The position numbers and the translations under genes are program-made. This document shows, one piece after another, positions 9,689 through 21,900 of a stretch of 64,000 bases of DNA. This stretch comes from a virus (Duplodnaviria > Caudoviricetes). Below the pieces are notes generated by a model, which ran no database searches, was not told where the DNA came from, and saw only the letters and a list, made by a program, of their open reading frames with translations. The stretch lies in the IMG/VR virus record IMGVR_UViG_3300042905_005059, positions 9,279-73,278 of that record; one strand, written 5' to 3'. The stretch's first letter is position 1; each line of letters starts with the position of its first letter.

Positions 9689-12600
9689 ATGGAATTTACT
9701 AAAGCTAAAAAAGTAGCAGTTAACAAATCAACAAGCCATTACGATCATAATAGACTAGCGCAAGCTATAAATGAGAAAATAATGTTAGGAATCGGAGATT
9801 GCGCTTGGAGAATTTTTTATTATGCTTATTCTACTTTTAGAGGAGTAAGAAATCCACAAGACTCTGCTTTCCCGGCTCAGGATGAATGGTTTAAATTTTA
9901 TGCCAATTTAGAGCCCAAAATGACTTGGGGCAAATTTGGATGGCCTGAAGTGCAGGCTGGAGAAGCTCAAGGAGCAAACATAGCAAACCCATTCATGGCT
10001 TGGATATTCGGCAATAAATCAAGAACAGTAAAAGCCGATGGCACAAAAGACGATACTAAAGATGGAATTCATGGATATTGGTCAGAGCCAATAAGACTAG
10101 GAGGATTAGAGATAGCTATTCCAAGGGATATGCCTAGAAATATAAGCGGAGATGCGAATCTAAACAGAGTTTGGTACGACTCTCAATTACAAAGAGGATG
10201 CGCTGCTTTTATACCTAATTATAAATATTTGCAAAGGAATGCTCTAAGCCCGTCAACAAAAGAGCTGTCGCTTGTTTCTCTTGGAATATCAGCGGCTGCA
10301 AGAAGACATTTGAGATACGTTACAGAAGCTCTTTCTATGGGAAGGTATGCTCCAAGCTATGTCCCAAAACCAGACGGGAAAGGTGGGGTTTTTAGAAAGA
10401 AGAACGCTGCCAAAGATCAGATAGAGCAGGCTATATTCTATTATCTTAGTTATTTTAGAGGAACAGAAGACCAGAGAGCTAAACATAATCTTAGCGGCAA
10501 AGATGTTACTGTTGATGGTTTCGATTTCGAAACTTTCTTTTCTAGACAATTTTTATTAGCTCCAAACTATTCCCAGCCAAAGTATGAGTTGCAAGCAGAT
10601 GGCAAAACCCCGAAAAGAGACAACTTCGGTAACTATAAAATAAAATATGATTCTTTTGGTTATCCAGAACTTTTCCCAGAAGGTCCAGCCAGCTTTTATT
10701 GGTCTTACCCATTAGCATTTGAGAATAAAGAAAATATAATACAGACTCAAAACAACAATAATTTCTATTTTAGCGGTCAAACTAAAGACCAAACAGTTTT
10801 TTATACTAATCCAAATCCTTCTGTAGATAAGAATAGATTTTGTTTGTCGGCTATCTTTATTCAAACTTCAGATATAGCTGTAAGATTTACTGGTCAAGAA
10901 GGTCGGTTATTAGCAGGGATGTTTATAGATGTTTATGTAAATAATGTTATTTATGAAAGCATTCCAATGCTACAGGAAGATATATACAAAATATCAAATA
11001 GAACTGGAGTAGTAAACAATGCTAACGTATCTGAAGAAGCCCAGTATAGAATATTTCAATTCAATAAAATTCACTACTTTAAATACCCAGTTAAAGGAGA
11101 GGTAAGCTTCAAAGTAAGAGGATCGCAAAATGTAAGCGTTCCAACCTCAAGCTCTTTTGGAACTGTATCATTAGGGTATAAGATAAAAACTCCAGAAACA
11201 TCTCAGGAAAATTTCTCAATATTTATAAAATTTGCTCATGTATTGGAAATGAAACCCAATGCAGCAGATGCTTATGTAATGATGAGAGTCGCTACTACAG
11301 AAGGGATGGGAGCTGATGCTGGGCAAATGGATCCAGTTGGCCACTTTAGATGCGATTCTGCCAAGACGGTTTTTACTAATTATATTAGATATGGAGTAGC
11401 GTATAACTTCACAAAAAACACGTTGTATCAGAATGACGCCTATGTTAGCGCAAATCCAGTATATGAATCAGCTAGAAAATTTATATCTAGCAATGTAAGA
11501 ATGGCAGATAGAGTCTCTTTGGTGGATTACGAATTGAAGATTGGAGCTTCTGGGGATCAATCAATATTATATTTTAATAGATACGCAATGGGAATGAAGA
11601 ATACTGGCGTTGACATATTTAGAAATATGGGGCCATCTATTAATGAAGTTGGAAATAGAAGCATGATTGGAACCAAGATAGAAACTTTTATACCAATAAT
11701 AAAGGGCAAGCCATACATAGTATTAGATCTAAATAAAAATACATCTAATTATATAATTTACATAAAAGGAAAAGTTAAAATAAAACTAAAGCACGGCTCT
11801 TCTTTTGTTGGAGGAGACTATTATTATGTTTCTGAATATTCTGATCCATCAATTGGAGTTTACGAGCTAGATGGAATAACAAACCCATCCTTAATTCAAG
11901 ATACTAAAAAAGCGAACATCTTAGTAGATAAAATAAATCAAACTTCTAATGGAAACGTGTCCAATCAGTGGGCTATGTTTATGAGTTATAATTTGTATCA
12001 CCCGTCTTCTAGCTCTGCTTGGAAGCCTGATTCGTATGGAGATATATTAGGAGCTTTGAATGCGAGATGCTTAACTGCAAGCACAGCGCTAAATCCAAAC
12101 GCTAGATCATCAAAAAATGTAAAAAAACATTTGGCAAGTGTCTCTTGGAAGCCAAATGATTTGCCTTTAGTTGTAGAAGGCCCATCTGGTTATAATTATA
12201 TAGAGTCAGCAAATTCATATGTAGGATTCTCAGATTGGAATGGAAATGTAAAATACCCACAGAATTTTGCAGCTAGTTGTCCAATTTATCAGAGTCCTTA
12301 TTTAATAAACTCTATAGAAAGAGCGAACCCTTACGATCCAAAAAGCGATATAGTTAAAGTAACTTTAAATACAAGACTCAGAAGCGCGGATAGTTTTAGA
12401 TTTAGAGGCAAACTTAGCGAAGATATAAATTCTTGGAATTATGCATATAGCGACTACGAAAGAAGACCTTATCGTACAGATGAGAACGCTTTAGTGGATT
12501 ATTTAGTGCATCTTTTGGCTGGTAAGTCGTGTCCTAGAAATGTTGTTGGAGACATATCTATGAGCAATAAATCATTTTGGACTAGCCACAGGCCATTTGG

Positions 12601-12916
12601 ATGCTGTTATCCAAGATTTTATTTTGTTAAACTAGTTCCTTTTGTATCGGCTGGAACAGTCATGTATTCAGATCATTATAGACAAATTGAATATTATTTA
12701 AGAGCCATGTGCAATGGCTTTGTGAATAAAGGATCAGAAATGAGTGCAGAAGAAGTAATTTCAGCAATACAAAACGGAGAAACTGGTTTGAATTATGAAG
12801 GAGGATTAGACTCTGCTGTAGGGGATTATTTATTTGAAGATCTAATGAGAAACAGTTATGATAATTCAAGCCAAAATAGCGTTGGCGTTACTCCAAATGT
12901 AGTAGGAAGACAATAA
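9689..12916 (+). CDS. Large hypothetical virion protein
   Basis: 1075-aa ORF in the operon; no domain recognised. Confidence 0.6.
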   Translation: MEFTKAKKVAVNKSTSHYDHNRLAQAINEKIMLGIGDCAWRIFYYAYSTFRGVRNPQDSAFPAQDEWFKFYANLEPKMTWGKFGWPEVQAGEAQGANIANPFMAWIFGNKSRTVKADGTKDDTKDGIHGYWSEPIRLGGLEIAIPRDMPRNISGDANLNRVWYDSQLQRGCAAFIPNYKYLQRNALSPSTKELSLVSLGISAAARRHLRYVTEALSMGRYAPSYVPKPDGKGGVFRKKNAAKDQIEQAIFYYLSYFRGTEDQRAKHNLSGKDVTVDGFDFETFFSRQFLLAPNYSQPKYELQADGKTPKRDNFGNYKIKYDSFGYPELFPEGPASFYWSYPLAFENKENIIQTQNNNNFYFSGQTKDQTVFYTNPNPSVDKNRFCLSAIFIQTSDIAVRFTGQEGRLLAGMFIDVYVNNVIYESIPMLQEDIYKISNRTGVVNNANVSEEAQYRIFQFNKIHYFKYPVKGEVSFKVRGSQNVSVPTSSSFGTVSLGYKIKTPETSQENFSIFIKFAHVLEMKPNAADAYVMMRVATTEGMGADAGQMDPVGHFRCDSAKTVFTNYIRYGVAYNFTKNTLYQNDAYVSANPVYESARKFISSNVRMADRVSLVDYELKIGASGDQSILYFNRYAMGMKNTGVDIFRNMGPSINEVGNRSMIGTKIETFIPIIKGKPYIVLDLNKNTSNYIIYIKGKVKIKLKHGSSFVGGDYYYVSEYSDPSIGVYELDGITNPSLIQDTKKANILVDKINQTSNGNVSNQWAMFMSYNLYHPSSSSAWKPDSYGDILGALNARCLTASTALNPNARSSKNVKKHLASVSWKPNDLPLVVEGPSGYNYIESANSYVGFSDWNGNVKYPQNFAASCPIYQSPYLINSIERANPYDPKSDIVKVTLNTRLRSADSFRFRGKLSEDINSWNYAYSDYERRPYRTDENALVDYLVHLLAGKSCPRNVVGDISMSNKSFWTSHRPFGCCYPRFYFVKLVPFVSAGTVMYSDHYRQIEYYLRAMCNGFVNKGSEMSAEEVISAIQNGETGLNYEGGLDSAVGDYLFEDLMRNSYDNSSQNSVGVTPNVVGRQ

Positions 12917-12917
12917 T

Positions 12918-15900
12918 ATGAGCGTGATAGCAGATAACAAATCTTTCGTTTCAAATGCGGCTGGAGTGGGCTCTCCAGATTTCGATAAAGCTACTTTTGG
13001 AATTTGGGTGTCTTTCTTTCAGCATGTCAACTACAGCAAAAATGGATACACTGATCCACAGCCGCTTGTAGAAGATATCGTGGCTTCGCAGTTTACTGTA
13101 ACCGGAAAGAGGTTCTCTATAGTATCGCCTGATGGCAAAGCCCCAAAGGCAAGATTTTTCTTAACTTCTGGCATAAAGGGAATAAATGGATACGATTCTC
13201 TAGATGCAATTTCAGAAATAACAAACACTTATATATCTGGATATAAACCAGAAATACTCCTGCCAGATCTTGATTTTACTGGCAAGATCTTCAGAAGAAC
13301 AGAAATAGAGTCTACTTCTAAATCTCCTGTTTCAAATAATAATGTATCGGGTATCGCAGCAGAAGACTGGCAGCAAACAAATATCTCATTAAATGTAACA
13401 AATACAGAAGAAAATTTTGCATACATAGACTCAGGATATATTCCTTATTCAAATGAAGTAAATACTAGATATAAATTTTTATACGATGACAGTAGTAAGT
13501 CTATAGAGTCTAATTTTTCTAGTTTTGAATTACCGATTCAATTAGAGCAGGGCGCTGTATTTAAGTATAGAATTAGCAGAAAAAGCGAGCCTCTCGGGCA
13601 GTCTTATTTCGTAGATCTTACTGCTGATGGTAAAGGTGTCATAGATTATTCTAAATATAAAGATGAAGTTTCTGGATTTTTAGATGGCTCTTTGTCTTAT
13701 GACTTTGAGAATATAGCTACGATTAGTGTAGGAAAAGGTGAGTTTCTAGATGATTCAAATAAAACTAATATAATTAAAGAAATACAAAATGATCACTATT
13801 CAGGGTATTTAAAGATATCTAAGTCTACTGCCGCAGATGGCGCAGAGATGTATAATTTCGATTTGGTTTCTGATAGTGAAGAATTCAATGATATATATAG
13901 AGTCGGAATAAGCTTAGATATATTCAAATTAAACTCTAAGGAAGGCATAACTGGATATGTAATGTCTTCTTATAATATGGGTGATGGCTCTTCGACAAAG
14001 ACAATAGCACTGGCTCAAGGAGATTCTGTTTATCCAAGAGTCTCTGAAGATGGAAAAGTTTATAGAAGTAATAGCGTAAAAGACTTAGTAAATATAGAGC
14101 AAATATTAGAATCAGAAACATTCGCTCAGAATGTTGAGCTTCAACAAACCGCCGGAGAAGAGTCGGAAAGCGTAGTAGGTAAAAAAATGGAAAACTATTT
14201 TGAAGCCTTAACTGACGCATTGAATGATAAGTTTGGAGAAGAGGCTGTAGCAGAAGATGAGTCTGATGTAATAAATATTAAAAATGCTATTGAAATTAAA
14301 GACGCTCAAAATTTACTGGATGAAAATTCTAGCATAATTAGAAATGAAACCGCGCTGCCTGCATTCCAGTTGCCTAAAAAATTAATAACTAGCGACTTTT
14401 ATTCTAACTATTTGAACTCTGGAGAGAAGTATGTTGCTGTGCCTCTGTCTAAATATAGTCTTTTTTCTAGTTTAGCTTATGGAGACTCTTATGGAATATT
14501 AGGAGTTGATATTTCGGAAAAAATTAGAACGGTTTATAATTCTACTTGCGAAGGAATTTATATTGATGAAGTTTCTTTCTGCAGGGGAGATACTGCTACT
14601 CAAAAATTTAAATCTCCAGTTTCTAATGAAATATCTTACTCCAAAGGATCTGTCACGGAAATTCCTTACTCTAATGGAATAATTAGAAAAGAAAATTACG
14701 AAAATCAACTTAGCTGGCAAAACGCTATAAATTATTACTATACTAAAAACTATGTAGCGTCTTTTGATGTATACCCATCACTCTCAGAGCTAGAACTTAA
14801 GAATTTATTCGATCAAGCCGTAGAAAATGTAAAAAATGCCATTCAAGGATCAAATACAAATATCTCTTCAGCCAACTCTTTCTTAGCTAAAGGAGGAGTG
14901 GAGCCAAGAATATTCGTAGAGAGAGAAATATATACGGAAGATTACAGTCCAAATCAAGATCAAGAATTATCTAAGATATTATCTGCAGGAATAAATGTTC
15001 CAGATCCTACAGATATATCTACTGAAAAAGAAGAAAAATTATACTGCGTACAAAATTATGATGTTTCTGATTTCGTAAGGAATAAGCAGACTTTCTTTTA
15101 TCCAGTGCAGAATTACAATGAAACAATAATATTTGATTCATTTGTCCCAAATTCTGAAATTCATAGCTATACTATAGCAGATCAGTCTACTTTTGGGGTC
15201 GTTCTTTTTGCAGATAAAAACCCAAGCCCTAAAAAAATATTCAGAGTAGAAAGCGTGATTGGCGGCGGATCAACATTTAGCTATTCTAATTTTTCTTCTT
15301 CTCAAGCTTGGAATGGCCTAGATGGAGGAACCATAACCATCACCAATCAAGACACTCAAAAATATGGTTATCATCTTTACACTTATACTAATAGTACAGA
15401 TGCACTAGTTTTAGCTAAGAGCAATGTGCGTAATGGAGAAATAGCAGACACTAGTTTGGCAAATGCGGTGGTAATAAAATTTAATAAAGAAAATTTTGTA
15501 TCTAATCCAAGCTCTACTAAAGAAATAGACTCAGAAGGAAAAGAAATTGAATACTTCTCTTTATTTTTGTCAGCAGTAGATTCTAATGGGAACGTATACG
15601 ACGCTACAAAAGTTAAAATTAACGTACAAATATATAACTACAGCCTTTCTCCTCCAAAAGAAGTTAATCAATGGTATATCTTTAATAAGAATCCCATTAA
15701 CGATAACTCATATGGCATAAAAGAAAACGATCAAGAAATCAAGCCGAGATTTTTTGAAGACTCGTCTGAGGAAACCAAGGCGATGGCGCAGCAGCTTTTC
15801 TTTTTTCCAAATGGGCCATGCACTTCTAAAAATTACGAAGGCTCGCCAATTAGCGCCGGAGCTAAGAATGGTTTAGCAAATGGACTTTTCGAAAACAATA

Positions 15901-18900
15901 TATTAATAACAGAAGAAAGAGGGTTCACTTCTACTTACGAATCGAATAGTTGTTTAGACGTACTAGAAAATGGAATAATAAATAAACAAAAATCTCCAGC
16001 GGCAGGAACTAGCTCTGTACTTTTTTCAAGCGTCAAAAGATTAAAAATTACAAAAGTAAAATATAATTTTTACGCTAAAGATCTAATTTTAATTGGAGAC
16101 GCAGGCTTTCCAAATTCTAAAGATTTTAACTATGGTTGGCAATTCAAATTGCAATATAGAGACAAAGGTTCTTCAGCAGATTGGGGCACATTAGAAGAGA
16201 AAGGTCCATTTAATACTTCTGAGATAACGACTCAGTTCTATCAAATTTCCCCATACTATGGGCTGCTGGGGGCTTTAAATTCTCCATATTATTTGGAAAT
16301 GATCGCGTTCAAAACAAATATTCCTTTGTTTTTGGATGACAGTAATTATGAATTTAGGATTGCTAAATATGAAAAACTTGCAGTATTCTCTTCTGATCTA
16401 GATGTAATTAAGAAAGTAAATTTTATACCAATAAAAGTGCAATGGACAGCAGATCCAGATTGCCAATATTATAATATATATCAAAAAGATAGCGGCAATA
16501 ATTTGACATTCTTAGCCACAGAGAACACGAGAAATAATTTGTCTTATGCTGTTCCTGATGTGAAGCAGTCTTATATAGACTTAGGCCCAGCAAATTTTGG
16601 TTCTCCGAATTTTTCTGGTTATTATGACATAAGAGTTTCCGGAATAGTTCCTAGCGTTAAAGAAACTTCGAACTCTATTTCTTCACAATATGGTTTTGAT
16701 GTTGGAGATTCTAATGCTCAATTCTTAATCAATAAAATTAGCAATGAGGCCAATTCTGCATTTGCCAAACAAATTAATAATCCTACATACACTCCATTAA
16801 TTAATTTTAATAATCCAGAGTCTAAGAATTCTGCATTTACAATCAATCAAAATTATAATAAGTACTATTTCGTATCTAATAGTGCAAGCGCTTCTTTGGA
16901 AGGGCTGTCGAATATAGGTTTTGAAGGATACGTTGCTAACACTGGAGCTTCTAGTTGTTCAGTAGGAGCCCAATCTGTATCTTCTAATAACGTAGCATCT
17001 ATATCTAATAATGGCGTGGTTACAACAAGTTCTTTGCAGTCTTTGCCTTCTGCGGCTTTAGATTTAAAAGACACTGAAGATGATCAATGTTTATATCTTA
17101 TTTCTGGCGTTACTATTTCTAACTCTACATCTATAAATAGAGTATTAAATATTGTTAATGATAGCTCGTCGTCTATAGCGATCACTTATAATGGAACAAT
17201 AACAATACAGGCTAACACAACAGCGCAGATATCGTTCTTATCTTCTAGCGCGTCTGTTACTTTTACTAGAAACAACATAACTGCTCAAGATGATGTAATA
17301 AGCTATCCATCAGTTGGGCTTGTAAATATAAATCACTCAAGGGTGAATTTGGATCCATCTAATCCATCTAGCAATTTTCCTATTTATAATGTTTCTAATA
17401 GTAAGCTTTCTGTAAATGGAGCTTTAGATTTAAATGCGAAATCTTTCAATGTAGTAAATTGGAATGGCTCAACAGCCTCAAATTCGCAAAAGAACATATT
17501 TGACTCAATCAAGATTTTTATATTAGGAACTGAGCTAGAATCAGAAAGAATAACTCTTCTAAAAGATGACACAGATATAATTATATCTAACTTCCAAGGC
17601 GCAGAAGGCGTTTCAGAAGAATACTTCTTCATAAAAGATGAAACTATTACAAGATATTTTAATATTAATATCATCAATGGATCGTCTACATACGAGCTGC
17701 CAATAAAAAATCAAGATTTTAAGCTTACGGTTTATAAACGTAATTCTGTAATAACATATTCAATCTTGTACCCATCAGACTCTCCATTCTTTAATATTTC
17801 TAATAATACGGAGCAATTGATATTATTGACGAGAAATAATGTTCAAAACATAGATCTAAACTATCTTGAGGCTTCTATTCCAAAGCAATCTTTTATTTAT
17901 ATTGTAAACAAAAGCCAATCGGAAATAAGCTTTTATAAAGGCGACATAACTCAATCAGTTTATACTGTTTCTCCAAACCAAATAGCTAGAGCTTCTATCT
18001 CTACAATTGGAGACGCCAATGGGATAAAGATAGATATAATAGATTCCGCCTATAGTCATTTTGTATTTAATATTGATGCAGCTACTCATCTAAGTGATTC
18101 TATTAATATTCTAGATCTTAATTTCTGTGGAACTTCGATTACTACTCCTTCCGCTTCTTCTTTCGCTTCAAAGAATACTTTCTTGCTGTGTAGAAATAGG
18201 TCTATTCCAAATAAAATAGACAATCAATTTATTTCTGCCGAAGCTGGGCTAATAAATGATCAAGATGACCCATCTACAAATGAGTTAAATGAGATAGGCC
18301 AGCTATCTGCAAATTCTATATCTTTATCTTTGTATAGAAAAAATGTCTCTGATACTTTACCTACTTTAGAAAGAACAAGCTTCATAAATCAAGGCCTCCT
18401 AGGCTCAGAAAGCAGCGTAGAAGATTCAGTATCTGCTTTCTTCTATATTAAAGATGATAATTTAAAGCATTTTTCAATAAGAGATTTTTATAATAGAAAG
18501 AGTTCTTACTCAGGAAAAGTGTTTCTACCTTCGCCTAGAGAAATCAGGATCAATTCTTTTGACGACAATCATTTTTTAAGAATAAAATCTCAATCAATAT
18601 CTTTTGATTATTCTCCTGATACATATGTTAATGGAAGACTTTATTCTCAAGATGCTAAAGACTCTGCTATAATAAGCAGAGACACAGAGAAAGCGTCTAC
18701 GACAAAAACTTTCCCTAACGCTTTAAATAGCGATCAAATTTTAATTAATTTTTCTTATGATACAGTCAACGTAACTGTCTCTAGCGTTTCTAAAACTATA
18801 AAAAAGAATAGATTAATCAAAAATGATACTGGTGATTTAGTTTATCCAGTTTATAATAATAAAGAGTTTTTCATAGCTGACTCAAATTCTGATAGAAAAA

Positions 18901-21900
18901 ATACTGTTACCGCAGGTGGCACAACTTTATTTTACCAAATAATAGGAAAAGAGATAGACGTAGAATCTATAGTATTGCCAGATATATCTGCTGTAATAAC
19001 ATATGTAATAAAGAACTCTTCTTCAAGAACGTATCCAGTATACACATTGAGAGGAATTCTAGTACATAATTTAGCGCCAAATACTCAAAAAGAATTTGTA
19101 TATAATGGATCATCTTATGACGCTAATAATAATTCAGTGCCATATGGGGATAATCTTTCTTTCACTTCCATAAAAACTGAAAATCAAATTTTAGAGGTTG
19201 ACTTATCTCATCCTTTGTCTTCCCTTTGGCCTTCAGGGTTTTCTGTAAATGCAATAAGAGAAAGCTTTATAGTAGAAGATTCTATAGAACTTATTATAGA
19301 TGGGTCTTCTTATCAATACGCTATATTTGATGTTTTAGATACTGTTCCAGCGGATTCTAGCAGGGTGGTTTACTGTTACGGAAGAAAGCCGGGAATTTTA
19401 GATATAGGAGATAATAAATATCTAGTAAATGCATTTTATTTATACTTAATCTTTAATGGAACTATAGTTAAAGAAAACGAATTTTACACTACTGGTGATG
19501 GCATTAATACTGCGGCGGTCTATCCATTATCAGTAATAGAATATAAGCATACAGATCTGTTAAAATTTTTACCAACTTATCAATCTGTTATAAGTTTGCC
19601 AAATGTAATATTAATTCCTTTGGCATCTCAATTGGTTCATTATTATTTGCCAAATCTAAGTGTTGTTTACAGCGATGGGTCTCAAAATTATACTTTAGGA
19701 TCTTTGTTATCTGGCAAAAAGATAGTCTTTGTCAATACTGTAAAAACAAATTCTGGAGCTGAAAATAAAGTAACAAACTATAATGGCGCAGCTACTGAAT
19801 CTTTGGAAGATGTAAACTCTGTCGTAATGTACGAGATATCTGGGGGTCAATGGGTGAAGTCTACGTCTGGAGTTCCAGTTGTAAAGCCTGTCTATCCAAC
19901 TCTAGACAGAGTTAAAGGCTTGTCTTTGACTCAGACTAGCGAAATTGCAGATGGAAGAGAGTTTGTTTATTTGCCAAATTTTAGCAGATTCAATGTAACA
20001 GTTGATAGTTTTACAGACAAAGAATTAAAAAACTTCTACGTTTTAAATAGCGCTTCCAATAGGGTATTTATAAATTCTAACCAGTCTATGTTGAGTTCTA
20101 GTAGATTTATGAAGATTTACAGGAACTTAACTGCGGACTCTTTCGACTCTCAAGATTTAGAGATAGGAGGAACTGCTTCTTTCGTTTCTGTAGAAATCGA
20201 GTTGTCTCAAAATAAGGTAGTAGATGATGTTGTCGCCGAAAAATATCCAAATTTAAAGTTTGGCACATCTTTAAAAGCGACTGCAATATACGGAACAGGA
20301 AGCGGCAGAACAAAGTATACCCATTTTTATAGGTATGGCACATCTGGAGCCCCAGCAAAACCAATAATAAAAAATGAATCTTTTGCAGATTTAGATTTAT
20401 TTAACTTAAAGAGCTACTCGCCAAATGATAAGCTCTTTGTTTATGGTTCGAGTAATGTGAATGCGGAGGGCGTTTCTTTTGATTCTTATGATTTAAGAGT
20501 TTTGAAGTCAGACTCTTTGAGTGGAGAAAAGTTCTACATTTATAACAACTCTAGTGTATTCTTGAGAGTATTTTTCAAGGAAAGCGATTCAGGCTTATCT
20601 TCAGATTCCATTGCGATACCTTCTAAGAGAATGGTAGAAATCTCTGATAACGCAGTGTTTTTAGAATATCATGAGAAAGGAAAGTTCTACATTAGTTCTA
20701 AGAAATTAAATAAAACATATATAAATAAAATAGATTTGCCAATCTTTGTTGACGCTTTCCCAGATTATAAGTCTTTGACGGGCGTGATAGAAGCTATTCA
20801 AGTTACAAATTCAATAAGTTCTATAGTGTTATCTTTAAGTAAGTATAAAGAAAAAGCAATTTTCTACTATACTGATGGAGTAAATAAGTTTCAGATAGAT
20901 TTCGATAACAATTCCTCGCTTAATTTACCAACATTTGAAAGCTTTTATTTGAAGTCTGTATCCATAATAAATATTAAAAAACCAATCTATTCAATTTCTA
21001 GCTCGGGCCATTATATTTTAAATAATTCAAATGTTCAAATCGAGGTGGACTGCGGATCTTTATCTCAATCTTTATTTTTAGTAAATAATTGCGCTGAGAA
21101 TATATTAGTCACGACAGTGGTTTCTTCAGTAAGAAAAAATATTCTATTGTATAGAAATACAGTGTTAATTTTAAATTCTAGTGGAGCTTCTAGATATATT
21201 AAAAAAGCTAAAAGAAGAGACGACTTCTATTGTGTTTTTAATCCCAAAACAGCCATATCGACTCAAAATGAAATCTCTTTCGTAAATGCTATAGAAAGAA
21301 ATCTAGATGTGCAGCCAATTTTAAATGATAATGGCGTCGAGCAGCAATCTTATATAAAATTATTATCCAGATATGGCTCTTCTACTACAATTTACTTGTC
21401 TTTAACGGACTATTACAATGGACTAGATGTTCCAACAGACTCTCAAGAAGGAATAGTTGCCTATGAAGTCGGCATAGGTCATGAAACTATAAGTAAGTTT
21501 TTATTTTTTGACCCTTCTAAGTCTACATATACTTTGCCCGGAATAGTTGATGGAGAAACATATAGAGTAGATATAGACTACGCTTTGTTTGATAACATTT
21601 CAAATTTAAATGGGCAGGATACTCTAAAAGAAGACCAAAATCCTTATGTGATTTATAATGGTGAAAAGTATTACAACAATGAAATAATAAAAGGTTCTTA
21701 TATGTCTTTTTATGAAGTGAAGTACCCAAACTACGTAAGGGTATTTAAGGTAACAGAAGATCAGCCTTTAGTAGAAGATTCAGTGGCTAAAGAATCTGAC
21801 TTAGATGAGTCTATTCAGGAAGAGATAGTGGAACCATTAGATAAAACAGCTATTTTTTATCAAACTATAAATGAATCAATAACAGAAGCCTTGGGAAGTT